Positions 25,588-35,025 of a stretch of 37,296 nt of DNA are shown one piece after another (positions within the stretch are counted from its first letter, which is position 1; every line of letters starts with the position of its first letter). Where the stretch lies: positions 1-37,296 of the IMG/VR virus record IMGVR_UViG_3300026543_000090. One strand, written 5' to 3'. This DNA is from a virus (taxonomy: Duplodnaviria > Caudoviricetes). A model generated the notes under the pieces. The model was not told the origin of the DNA and did no database searches. It worked only from the letters and a program-made list of their open reading frames with translations. The position numbers and the translations under genes are program-made.

Positions 25588-26973
25588 ATGGTTAAACTCA
25601 ATCAAACATATGGATTGGGTTCACCTGTCCAAAATAGTTATCCATTACCTGTTATATCAAATAGAGATCCAACAACAAGAGATACTAATTTTGCTAGAGG
25701 TCAATTATGGGTAAATAAATCTTCTAATACTATTTATTCATTATCAGATGTTGTATCTGCAGCAGCTAATTGGGTATCTTTAGGAAGTGGAACTGGAGTT
25801 GAAACTTTTCCTATTACTCCATTTGTAGTAGGTCTTGGAGGAAATGCAGGTTTTACAACTATTCAATCAGCACTTGATGCTGCTGATTCAGCAGGTGGTG
25901 GAATGGTATATTTACAACCTGGTACTTATACTGAAGATCTTGTTTTCTTTGATAAAACTCAATTAGTGTCTGTTGAATATGTAGATGTTGGAAATACTAT
26001 TGTAATAGGAGTTCATACACCTCCTACTAGTGGAACAGTTGCTATTCGAGGGATAAGAGTTGTAAGTCCATCTAGTGTATTTTTTAGTACAGAAGCAGGT
26101 TCTACTGATATTTCATTCATAGAGTGTACTTTTGGAGTACAAGATGGATGGGTATTTGATCTTGAAAATTGGACAGGAACTTTCAATATTAATGACTGTG
26201 GCTCTCAATCTAGTATTGAAGATGGAGTAATTAATAATACAGGTGGTTCAGATATATTTACAAACAATTGTCAAGTAGGAGCTGGAACAACAAGAGTTTT
26301 TACTTCTAGTGGAGATGTTAGACTTGATCTTACTTTTATGGATTGTCCCATAAGCATTTCATCGGGAGCTATTTTCATAAACTTTGCTCTTTTTGCTAAG
26401 ACTCTGACTATAGAAGGAGATGCAACAGGTTCCATTGTACTAGGAGACTTCTTTCCAGGATCAGATCCAGCTATCGTCATGGATTCTACTGGAGATGTTT
26501 CTATAGCTAATACTTCCATAACTTCTTCTAATGATCCTGCTATTGATGGATCAGGATCAGGAACTCTTACATTAGGGCAACTTACTTTTTTAGATAATGG
26601 AAATATATCAGGATCTTTAACTACTGATTTTGGATCAGAGAGTTTCTTTGGTCCTATGACGATCAATGGAAATATTTTGATGCCTCAACCATCTACTCAG
26701 TTACAAATGGAAGGAGGTGCAGATACTGATTTTATAGGACAAGTAACTTTAACGACTGGAACAGCAACAGTTTCAAATACTAATATTTCTTCTACTGACA
26801 AAATATTTCTTCAAAGAGAAGGAATAGGTGCTTCTACAGATCTTGGAGTATTAGATATCTCTATTACTGATTCAACTAGTTTTACTATTACCTCTCTTCG
26901 GCCTGGAAATCCAGGATCAACAGAAACAGACGATCTTTCTATTATAAATTACTTCATCGTAAGGCAAAATTAA
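25588..26973 (+). CDS. Tail spike/fibre protein with putative beta-helix middle domain
   Basis: N-terminal RDPT.RD...RGQLWVN anchor; FTTIQSALDAA...GGGMVYLQPGTYTEDL beta-helix cap. Confidence 0.75.
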   Translation: MVKLNQTYGLGSPVQNSYPLPVISNRDPTTRDTNFARGQLWVNKSSNTIYSLSDVVSAAANWVSLGSGTGVETFPITPFVVGLGGNAGFTTIQSALDAADSAGGGMVYLQPGTYTEDLVFFDKTQLVSVEYVDVGNTIVIGVHTPPTSGTVAIRGIRVVSPSSVFFSTEAGSTDISFIECTFGVQDGWVFDLENWTGTFNINDCGSQSSIEDGVINNTGGSDIFTNNCQVGAGTTRVFTSSGDVRLDLTFMDCPISISSGAIFINFALFAKTLTIEGDATGSIVLGDFFPGSDPAIVMDSTGDVSIANTSITSSNDPAIDGSGSGTLTLGQLTFLDNGNISGSLTTDFGSESFFGPMTINGNILMPQPSTQLQMEGGADTDFIGQVTLTTGTATVSNTNISSTDKIFLQREGIGASTDLGVLDISITDSTSFTITSLRPGNPGSTETDDLSIINYFIVRQN

Positions 26974-27010
26974 AAATATTTATATATAAAATAAGTATAA
27001 GGAGAAATAA

Positions 27011-27472
27011 ATGGTTAAACTTAACCAAGTATATGGAATAGAAAAACCTCTACAGAATGCTTATCCATTACCAATTCAAACAAATAGACGACCAACAGTA
27101 AATGATAAGAATGCTGCTAAAGGACAGATGTGGATAGATACTTCTACAGGAGCAGTTTATATACTATCTGTTGTTATTGCTGGAGATGCTATATGGACTC
27201 ACATAGGGACTGGTAGTAATGATACTGGAACAGCAACTCTAGATGAAGGGGTAGTATCTGTTGCGGATACAACTATCAATGCTTTTGATCTACTTTTTGT
27301 TACAAGAATAGTAGTAGGAGGTGGAGGAACAACAGCTCTAGGAAATCTTGTAGCTGTAACACAACCGGATACTGGCTTTGCAGTTGATTCTTTTCAAGAT
27401 GCTGCACCACAATCTATAGAAACAGGAGATAACTCTTCTTTTGATTATCATATTATAAGAAAAGTGAATTAA
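27011..27472 (+). CDS. Short paralog of 25588..26973 (N- and C-terminal domains only)
   Basis: Same MVKLNQ.YG...QN.YPLP start and ET.D.S...Y.I.R end; AAGGAG RBS. Confidence 0.75.
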   Translation: MVKLNQVYGIEKPLQNAYPLPIQTNRRPTVNDKNAAKGQMWIDTSTGAVYILSVVIAGDAIWTHIGTGSNDTGTATLDEGVVSVADTTINAFDLLFVTRIVVGGGGTTALGNLVAVTQPDTGFAVDSFQDAAPQSIETGDNSSFDYHIIRKVN

Positions 27473-27476
27473 TAAT

Positions 27477-27776
27477 ATGTCTAGAAGCACACAAAATAGA
27501 CCTTTTAAATTCGGAGAAAGAGATCGTCGTATTTTAAATGTTGAAAATTCTGAAGTAGCGCTTCAATCAGAAAATGATGGTAATGGAAATTCCATTATTC
27601 TTGGACGTGCAAAAGTTGGTACTTCAATAAGTGAGAATAAATGGCAAATTAGAGCTATTGCATATGACTCAAATCAAGGAGTTACTGATGTAACATGGCC
27701 TGAAAACGACGAAGGAAATAATTCTTCTGAATTTGAATTTACTTGGAATGATAGAGCAACGTATACATTTGGATAA
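27477..27776 (+). CDS. Hypothetical tail-associated protein
   Basis: 99 aa; LGRAKVGT....KWQIRAIAY...F.FTWNDRATYTF. Confidence 0.65.
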   Translation: MSRSTQNRPFKFGERDRRILNVENSEVALQSENDGNGNSIILGRAKVGTSISENKWQIRAIAYDSNQGVTDVTWPENDEGNNSSEFEFTWNDRATYTFG

Positions 27777-27784
27777 TATAAATA

Positions 27785-30280
27785 ATGCCTTATAAATATA
27801 ATCCTTTCACAGGTGATTTAGATAGAACAGACGGTGGTGGTGGATCAGGAGGAATATATTCTATTGACACTGATTCTGGAACTGTAACTCCTGTAGGTGG
27901 TGTTGTAGATATAGTTGGAGATGCAACCCAAGGAAGCACTACATCAGGATCTGGAGATACATTAACTATTACTAATACTGATGCAAGTGAAACTCAAATA
28001 GGTGTCAGTGAATTAGCTACGGATGCAGAGACAATTACCGGCACTGATACAGATAAAGTTATTGTAGCTGCTGCTTTAAAAGCAAAATTGGGATCTCAAA
28101 CAGATAGTGGAATTGCTTTTGGAAATTCAGATAGTAATGCTATTGAATGGACGTCGGCCTTAACTGATGGGCAAATAGCCATCGGAAATACAGCTGGATC
28201 ACCAGCAGCAGCTAATATAACGGGGGGAACTGGCATAGATATTACCAATTCTTCTAATTCTATAACCATAGACGCTTCTGGAGCTACTGCACTGAGTTTT
28301 CCAACAGACACTGGTACTTCCACTCCAGCTGCAAACGCTTTGACGATAGCAGGCGGTACAGGGATGGATACGACTGGTTCTGGTTCTACTGTCACTATTG
28401 ATTTTGATGTTAGTGAAATAGCTAACATAGCGACCTCATTTTCAGGAGATATAGGAACGGCTACTCCAGCTGCGAATTCATTAACAATGTCTGGGGGTAC
28501 AGGAATAGATACTAGTGGTGCTGGATCCACTATGACTATAGATTTTGATATTACTGAAATAGATGATATAGCCACTTCATTTTCAGCAGACACAGGTACA
28601 GCAACACCGAGTTCAAATGCTTTAAATATATCGGGTGATGCAACTCAAGGAAGTGTAACTTCAGCAACTAGTGATACAGTTACTATTACAAATACTGATG
28701 CTACTGAATCGCAAATTGGAGTTAGTGCATTTGCAACAAATTCTGAAGCAATTTCTGGTACTATATCCAATAAAGTATTAGTTCCTTCTTCTCTAGATGC
28801 AAAACTAGGAACAACACAACCGACTAATTCACTTGCTTATAGCCAAGGAGATACTTCTGCTTTTGGATGGACATCTGCTTTAACGGATGGACAATTAGTA
28901 ATTGGAAATACAATAGGAAGTCCTACAGCTGCTAATATAACTGGTGGTACTGGAATAGATGTTACGAATGCTGCTAATTCTATAACTTTAGATATATCTA
29001 GTACTACTGCCCTTAGTTTCCCAACAGACAGTGGTACAGCGACACCAGCTACAAACGCTTTGACTATGGCCGGTGGAACAGGAATAGACACTAGTGGATC
29101 TGGATCTACAGTTACTGTAGCATTTGATGTTACTGAAGTCACTAGCATAGCAACCTCCTTTTCAGGGGATACTGGTACAGCAACACCTGCTACAAATATT
29201 TTAACGATATCTGGAGGTACAGGTATAGATACTAGTGGTTCTAGTTCTACTATGACCATAGCGTTTGATGTTACTGAAGTAGCTAGTATTCCTACTTCCT
29301 TTTCTACAGATAGTGGAACCGTAACCCCAGCTATTAATTCTTTATCAATATCAGGTGGAACGGGTATGGATACGAGTGGGTCCGGGTCTACTATAACTCT
29401 TGATTTTGATGTTAGTGAAGTTTCTAGTATTCCTACTTCTTTTCCAACAGATAGTGGTACGGCCACACCAGCTACAAATGCTTTAACCATATCTGGTGGT
29501 ACCGGAATTAGTACTAGTGGTAGTTCTTCTACAGCTACAATTAGCCTAGATACACCTGTAGTCGTTGCAAATGGAGGATCTGGAAGATCTAGTACAACAG
29601 CTTACGCAGTGATCTGTGGAGGAACTGGTTCTACTACAGCCCATCAATCAATTGCTAGCGTTGGATCTGCTAATCAAGTCCTTACTAGCAATGGAGCATC
29701 ATCACTGCCAACTTTTCAAAATGCAGGTTCAAGTACACAAGACTTTGAATTGATTGATACAGAAGTTGCTTTTTTTGATTCTACAATTGTATTCACAGGA
29801 TTAAGTAGTACTTATTATAGATATGAAGTAATAGTAACGGATCTTAATAGCTCGTCTTCTAGTGTTAATTTTCATATGAGAACAAGTACAAATAATGGAA
29901 TCAGTTATGATTCAGGAACTACTGATTATGGATGGTTATCATTAGGAGCATATGTAGATGGAACAGGAGTTGTTCAGGTTAGTTCAGGAGATTCTTCAGA
30001 TACTTCTATGATATTAAATGGAGTAGATGTAGGAACAGATCTTGATGGAGCTACTAATGAAGAAAAAACATTTCATATTAATATATATAATCCAGATGCT
30101 AATACATATACACATGTAATGGCAGAATATGATGGATATGATAATTCATCTAATTTCATTCAAGGTGTTAGTACTAAAGCTATGAGAAAATCAGCTAATG
30201 ATGTTAATGCAATTCAATTTTTTATGACTTCTGGAACTATTGAATCTGGAACTTTTAAATTATATGGAATAAAAGCTTAA
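27785..30280 (+). CDS. Long tail fibre protein with 47-aa repeats
   Basis: 831 aa, T/S/G-rich; MPYKYNPFTGDLD start; GQ..IG and V.NGG.G fibre motifs; C-terminal NAIQFF.TSGTI.SGTFKLYGI domain. Confidence 0.85.
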   Translation: MPYKYNPFTGDLDRTDGGGGSGGIYSIDTDSGTVTPVGGVVDIVGDATQGSTTSGSGDTLTITNTDASETQIGVSELATDAETITGTDTDKVIVAAALKAKLGSQTDSGIAFGNSDSNAIEWTSALTDGQIAIGNTAGSPAAANITGGTGIDITNSSNSITIDASGATALSFPTDTGTSTPAANALTIAGGTGMDTTGSGSTVTIDFDVSEIANIATSFSGDIGTATPAANSLTMSGGTGIDTSGAGSTMTIDFDITEIDDIATSFSADTGTATPSSNALNISGDATQGSVTSATSDTVTITNTDATESQIGVSAFATNSEAISGTISNKVLVPSSLDAKLGTTQPTNSLAYSQGDTSAFGWTSALTDGQLVIGNTIGSPTAANITGGTGIDVTNAANSITLDISSTTALSFPTDSGTATPATNALTMAGGTGIDTSGSGSTVTVAFDVTEVTSIATSFSGDTGTATPATNILTISGGTGIDTSGSSSTMTIAFDVTEVASIPTSFSTDSGTVTPAINSLSISGGTGMDTSGSGSTITLDFDVSEVSSIPTSFPTDSGTATPATNALTISGGTGISTSGSSSTATISLDTPVVVANGGSGRSSTTAYAVICGGTGSTTAHQSIASVGSANQVLTSNGASSLPTFQNAGSSTQDFELIDTEVAFFDSTIVFTGLSSTYYRYEVIVTDLNSSSSSVNFHMRTSTNNGISYDSGTTDYGWLSLGAYVDGTGVVQVSSGDSSDTSMILNGVDVGTDLDGATNEEKTFHINIYNPDANTYTHVMAEYDGYDNSSNFIQGVSTKAMRKSANDVNAIQFFMTSGTIESGTFKLYGIKA

Positions 30281-30301
30281 TTATTAAAAATAGGATATAT
30301 T

Positions 30302-31714
30302 TTGACAAATCAACCGGTTGGAATTCCCTTTCAAAACCCCACTGACTACATAGGTCCAAAGATGGATATTGTTCCTATAAAACGATTTCCAAGGGAGCCT
30401 TTAACCACAGATAAAAAATACCGTGTAGGACAATTAGCTATTCTTGGTAAGAATCCCAGTACAGGAAATGAAGGAGAACTTTTTTATCTTGCACGATTCG
30501 AGTCAAATGGAGATGCTACCTGGGTTCAATTTGACAGTGGAACTTCTGGTATTGGTATTGAATCTCTTCAAACAGATGATGGAGCACCACCAGTAGTCCC
30601 TGATATAACTGGAGTAGTTGGTGTTCTAGGGGGAATTGGAATCACTACCTCTGGACAAGATCCTGAAACAGATGTGACTATTGATATAGATAACTCAGTT
30701 GTGGGTCAAACCATTACTGGAGATGATTCTAATGCACTTAGTCCAACTTTAGGCAACTGGAACATCTTGGGAGGTATTGGAATTGATACCTCTGGATCAG
30801 GAAGTGATCTGACTATAGACATGGATGGTAGTATAGTCACATCGCAATATGATGCTGATTCTGGTACTGCCACACCAACAGCTGGAGTTTTGAATATCAT
30901 TGGAGGAAATGGAACTGTCACTTCTGCTACAGGAAATACTGTTACTATAGAAATGGATTCACCTTTTGTAGGGGATTTTTCCTTTGAATCCAATACTGGT
31001 GGAGAGATAGAGACTCTCACAGTTCAAAATACAGTGGATGCAGCTGATAGTGGATCAATGATTCAATCCTTAGTAGCAGGATCAGATTCTACAGGAAATC
31101 CTGTTATACAAGTAGCTAGCACAGGACAAAGAGCAGTTGGATTTGATATTGATACTTCAACTGGAAATCCTAGATTTATGAGAAGTATTGATGGTTCCAC
31201 TATTCTTAGTGAGATGATATTTTCAATATTCGGAACAGATGATAATGCACGTCTTGATTTAATGGCACCGGGAGGGACTTTTATTACACGTACAAATTCT
31301 TCAGGAAATACAGCAACTTTGAATATTTTAAATGCTTCTTCTGAAACTGGTTCAGATGCGAGAATACTTATACAATCAGCTGATCCAACTGTAGGTGACG
31401 GTGGTGGAAATCAATATATTATATGGGGAGCTGAGAATCAAGTACAGTTCAGCCTAGGTCAAGGAAGAGATGCTACTCCAAGCACACAACCTTTAGAGTT
31501 TAAATCTAATGGATTTCCTAGTGGGGATAATATTATGCAATTACATCCAGGAGCTGGAGGAAATATAACTCTCAACAAAGTAGGCGCTTTAACTCTGCAT
31601 ACAGGAACAACAGCAGAAAGACCAGCGACTCCCATAAATGGCATGATCCGATACAATACAACCATAGAAAAATTTGAAGGTTTTGAAGATGGTGCATGGG
31701 TTAATCTAATTTAG
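30302..31714 (+). CDS. Tail fibre protein
   Basis: TTG start after an AGGA RBS; REPLTTDKKYRVGQ anchor; DSGTATP repeats; C-terminal GTTAERPATP.NGMIRYNTT..KFEG motif. Confidence 0.8.
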   Translation: MTNQPVGIPFQNPTDYIGPKMDIVPIKRFPREPLTTDKKYRVGQLAILGKNPSTGNEGELFYLARFESNGDATWVQFDSGTSGIGIESLQTDDGAPPVVPDITGVVGVLGGIGITTSGQDPETDVTIDIDNSVVGQTITGDDSNALSPTLGNWNILGGIGIDTSGSGSDLTIDMDGSIVTSQYDADSGTATPTAGVLNIIGGNGTVTSATGNTVTIEMDSPFVGDFSFESNTGGEIETLTVQNTVDAADSGSMIQSLVAGSDSTGNPVIQVASTGQRAVGFDIDTSTGNPRFMRSIDGSTILSEMIFSIFGTDDNARLDLMAPGGTFITRTNSSGNTATLNILNASSETGSDARILIQSADPTVGDGGGNQYIIWGAENQVQFSLGQGRDATPSTQPLEFKSNGFPSGDNIMQLHPGAGGNITLNKVGALTLHTGTTAERPATPINGMIRYNTTIEKFEGFEDGAWVNLI

Positions 31715-31744
31715 AAAATAAGAGTAAAAATAGAGATATGAAAC

Positions 31745-31963
31745 ATGATTCTTGATAAGATTGGAAAATTATTACAAAATACTCCCGAAGAATTCTTGGT
31801 ATTTATGAAGGTATGGACGGTTATTCTGATATGTATTTTTGCTGCATGGGGTTGTTATTTATGGAAAAACTTTCAGGAAAAGAATAAGATTAAAAATTAT
31901 TCTAATACAGTGATTCAAGAAGAATCAAATTTAAAAGATTTGATAGACAAACATCCCAAGTAA
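31745..31963 (+). CDS. Small single-TM protein, possible holin
   Basis: One hydrophobic helix; last gene of the late operon. Confidence 0.45.
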   Translation: MILDKIGKLLQNTPEEFLVFMKVWTVILICIFAAWGCYLWKNFQEKNKIKNYSNTVIQEESNLKDLIDKHPK

Positions 31964-32103
31964 CATAATACATATTATCCGACTCACAATTTATAAAGTT
32001 TAAAGTTTAAATTTGATATAAAATTTTAATTTTATTATAATGAAAATGCGAGAAATTACTACAACTACTCTAAAAAATAATAATTTTAAGCAAAAAATTG
32101 ATG

Positions 32104-32135
32104 AACCCTATTTTGTCATGGAATAGGGTTTTTTT
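32104..32135 (+). terminator. Rho-independent terminator ending the late operon
   Basis: AACCCTATTT/GAATAGGGTT stem plus T run; a second hairpin CCTATCTT/AAGATAGG lies at 32166-32184. Confidence 0.75.
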
Positions 32136-32223
32136 ATTGTGAAAAAAAAGGTGGAGATGAGAGAACCTATCTTTAAAAGATAGGGTTGTTTTTGATATCA
32201 GATCTACAAAACATAGGATTGTT

Positions 32224-32916
32224 TTAATTTTGTAAAACAACACTAAGATTCTTCTTCACGAAAAAATTAGCTATCGCTGTATATGGAGCAACCAGAAATA
32301 TGATGATGAATTTTATCAACAGAGTAAACATGATGACATGCCATACATTGCCCCATATATCTTCAAAGAAGCTCATCAATCCATAGAACACTAAAGTGTC
32401 TATCGTTTGAGACATGAAAAGAGATATCATAACTCTAGTAGTAAATTTTTTAGATCCAAATCTCTGTTGAAGCCATGAAAAAAATCTAATATCTAATAGC
32501 TGAATAAATATAAATGTGATGAAAGAGACAGCTGTAATGGTAGGCATACATGAAAATATAGCTCCATAGTGCGCTTGAGTTGTATCATATCCATTAGGGA
32601 TAAAGAACATATGTAACTGCTGAAGAGTGACAAAGCCAAAGGTACACAGAGCTGCAATAAGGACATGGATACGAGCGGATCGTCTACCATAATACTCTTG
32701 CATAAGATTAAGGCCTAGAATGTAGCAAACTCCAAGAGCCTTGCAGGTCGTTACATCCAGGCCAAAGATATTTACTTGCTTCAGGATCATTAGATTTAAT
32801 GAAATAGCCACTACAGTAAGCCACGCATTAACAGCTTGCTCGCCTATTTTTAGACAAAGCATTGTGATCCAAGAAATAGCAAATATCTGTATCAATAGAA
32901 GATAAAAATTTAGCAA
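32224..32916 (-). CDS. yhhQ: Queuosine precursor transporter (YhhQ / Vut_1 family)
   Basis: About 7 TM helices; NL..LKQVNIFGLDVT, LNLMQEYYGRRSAR, Q.LDI..F, R...SLF.SQTIDTLVF motifs. Confidence 0.85.
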   Translation of the reverse strand: MLNFYLLLIQIFAISWITMLCLKIGEQAVNAWLTVVAISLNLMILKQVNIFGLDVTTCKALGVCYILGLNLMQEYYGRRSARIHVLIAALCTFGFVTLQQLHMFFIPNGYDTTQAHYGAIFSCMPTITAVSFITFIFIQLLDIRFFSWLQQRFGSKKFTTRVMISLFMSQTIDTLVFYGLMSFFEDIWGNVWHVIMFTLLIKFIIIFLVAPYTAIANFFVKKNLSVVLQN

Positions 32917-33293
32917 AAATCTTCCCAGTCAGTTGCTTCTACATCATCTCCTTCACATACATATATATATCCATCGGTATCTAGATATTTCTCTTGTACC
33001 CTATAGGGATGAGCTGCAAGCATGCATTGATATTTTTTACTCCACCACATATTGTGGCCTTCTTTCCAGGATTTTCTTCTTACTTTTACACTATATTTAG
33101 TTTTTTCAGATGCTTGTATAAAATCCATTATTCCTTCCTCTGTATTTAATAATTTTAAATTTTGAAATTTTCTAATTACGGATCTTCTAATTTGAATGCA
33201 CTCATTCTTAGACAAAATTTCTTTGCATTTTGTAATCGAAGATTGTAAAAAACCATTGTAATAACTGTCAAATAAAAAAGTTTTTACTATCAA
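32910..33293 (-). CDS. Hypothetical protein with DUF2829-like C-terminus
   Basis: KVRRKSW...DDVEATDWE motif; TTG start after GGAG. Confidence 0.55.
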   Translation of the reverse strand: MIVKTFLFDSYYNGFLQSSITKCKEILSKNECIQIRRSVIRKFQNLKLLNTEEGIMDFIQASEKTKYSVKVRRKSWKEGHNMWWSKKYQCMLAAHPYRVQEKYLDTDGYIYVCEGDDVEATDWEDFC

Positions 33294-33635
33294 TTTATTT
33301 CTCCATTTAATTTCTTTTGTAAATATATTTTATCTACTCTAGGGTTCATTTTTAGACCATATAATACGAGGATAAAAATATTCGTTTTTGCGGTGAAATT
33401 CTCTAATTTAATCATATCTCAAAGTCGTGATTCGTATCGGTTTCAAAGGCCATATTTCTCATATCAATGGATAAATTGAGCATATATCAAATATAATATT
33501 TAACATAGATTTTTTTATGACGATATTCTGCCTGATAGAAAAAATGAAGTTTACATCATTATGATTTTATTCGTAACTCTTTGAAACATATATTTTTAAG
33601 ACTGATTTTGTATACTAAAAAATAATTTAATTTTA

Positions 33636-33664
33636 TTGACTGAAATGGAATTATTTGAAATAAT
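33636..33664 (+). promoter_or_regulatory. Putative sigma70-type promoter
   Basis: TTGACT-17 bp-AATAAT with an AT-rich upstream region. Confidence 0.5.
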
Positions 33665-33753
33665 TAAGATTGGAAGTTCAAAAATTGAATTCGTTTGGAT
33701 GGCTTCTTACTATTGAATGCTGAACTTCCATTTTTTTAAAAAAAGGATAAATT

Positions 33754-33957
33754 ATGAAATATTTATTATTGATTATAATCGCATTCACGACGGTAAGTTG
33801 TGCTGATTATCGTTATCATATTATTCCTAAGTATTTTAGATCACACGAACGTAAAAAATCATCCACAAGGGGAGAACTTCAGTATCCTGAAAAAAAAGAT
33901 ATTGAGATATCGATGCCTAAAAAAAATATGAACGATGATGATTTCTATAAATGTTAG
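33754..33957 (+). CDS. Putative small lipoprotein
   Basis: MKYLLLIIIAFTTVSC lipobox-like signal; AAGGA RBS. Confidence 0.65.
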   Translation: MKYLLLIIIAFTTVSCADYRYHIIPKYFRSHERKKSSTRGELQYPEKKDIEISMPKKNMNDDDFYKC

Positions 33958-34019
33958 ATTTTTTTTGACTCAAAAAATAAGATATCCTAGTCTGTTTTCA
34001 AACCCTATTTGTTCCATAT

Positions 34020-34051
34020 AAAAACCGAGTAAGCAGTAAACACTTACTCGG
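34020..34051 (-). terminator. Rho-independent terminator (minus strand)
   Basis: CCGAGTAAG/CTTACTCGG 9-bp stem with an A run on its left. Confidence 0.65.
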
Positions 34052-34103
34052 CTCTATGGGATGGTTATTCATGTTATCTTATGTTTTGATCGTATAAGAT
34101 ATC

Positions 34104-34132
34104 ACCCACAGATATTTTTCTGTGGGTTTTTT
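34104..34132 (+). terminator. Rho-independent terminator (plus strand)
   Basis: ACCCACAGA/TCTGTGGGT 9-bp stem plus T run. Confidence 0.7.
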
Positions 34133-34165
34133 ATCTAAATAGACCCTCAGTCACTGAGGGTACAT

Positions 34166-35017
34166 TTAAAAGGAAAGCCTCCATACTAGAGATGGATTTC
34201 CCCGATAAATTTCTAAATCAACATCCTTAAGCTGAGGAATTTTACTGTAATTTATGCTTCCTTTTCTCATAAATCTTGTATATTTAATTCCATGACCCTG
34301 TGCATTTTGTTCGTTGCATATTTCCTTAAGAAGTTTCCTGTCTTCTTCATCTTCATTTTTAAGATCTTTTATCTTTGAATATCTAGAGATACATCTACTA
34401 GAAATTTCCTTCCATATAGATGATTCACTCATATCTTGATAATCTCTATCAGTCAATGTTGGCTCTTTAAAATTAATCATCATATCCCAGAACTCTTTTT
34501 CTTCTTTTTTGAGATACTCTAGATATTCATCATCTTTTTCAAATTCAACGAGAGCCATATCTCCATTTCTTAAAGAAAAATAATGTCCTATTTCAATGCC
34601 TAAATGCTGTACACAAGCCAGCTGATGTTGGACTTGAGGGATATATTTTTCTGGAATCTTTCCCGACTGAGCAATCTGATGATCTTTTTCACCAGGATTT
34701 TTCAACTCAACCATTCTTTTCTTTTTACGGGAAATACCATCTAAAGATGCTCCCATATATTTAATGCTTGGATTAAAAACGATATCAGGCTCAACAGATA
34801 TACCAGTGTATACCTGATAAGCTAATCTGGAATCTTGCTCACTCTCAATTCCATAGCGCATAGCACTATTTTGTTGTTGTGCAGGACCTAGACCAAGCTT
34901 CTCCCTCCATAGTTGATTCTGAGTCCTCCATGGAGACACACCGACTATTATCGGTGCATCTGAAGCCATGATATGATTTTTCCTCATGTCAATCCATTCT
35001 TGTGTTCTTTGTTTCAT
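34166..35017 (-). CDS. YqaJ-like viral recombinase / lambda-type exonuclease
   Basis: QRTQEW...RK.HI.ASDAP.I.GVSPW, AMRYG...E, MGASLDG, VELKNP, Y.PQVQHQL motifs; GGAGG RBS. Confidence 0.92.
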   Translation of the reverse strand: MKQRTQEWIDMRKNHIMASDAPIIVGVSPWRTQNQLWREKLGLGPAQQQNSAMRYGIESEQDSRLAYQVYTGISVEPDIVFNPSIKYMGASLDGISRKKKRMVELKNPGEKDHQIAQSGKIPEKYIPQVQHQLACVQHLGIEIGHYFSLRNGDMALVEFEKDDEYLEYLKKEEKEFWDMMINFKEPTLTDRDYQDMSESSIWKEISSRCISRYSKIKDLKNEDEEDRKLLKEICNEQNAQGHGIKYTRFMRKGSINYSKIPQLKDVDLEIYRGNPSLVWRLSF

Positions 35018-35025
35018 ATGCCTCC

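Noticed and set aside
26271-31665. Long minus-strand ORFs within the tail fibre genes
   Set aside because: Antisense shadows of T/S/G-rich repetitive coding sequence.
27785-31714. CRISPR array or diversity-generating retroelement
   Set aside because: The repeats are in-frame protein repeats diverged at synonymous sites. There is no repeat-spacer pattern, no reverse transcriptase, and no adenine-specific TR/VR pair that I could see.
33294-33500. preQ1 riboswitch upstream of the yhhQ operon
   Set aside because: No preQ1-I stem with an A-rich tail was found on the minus strand by eye.
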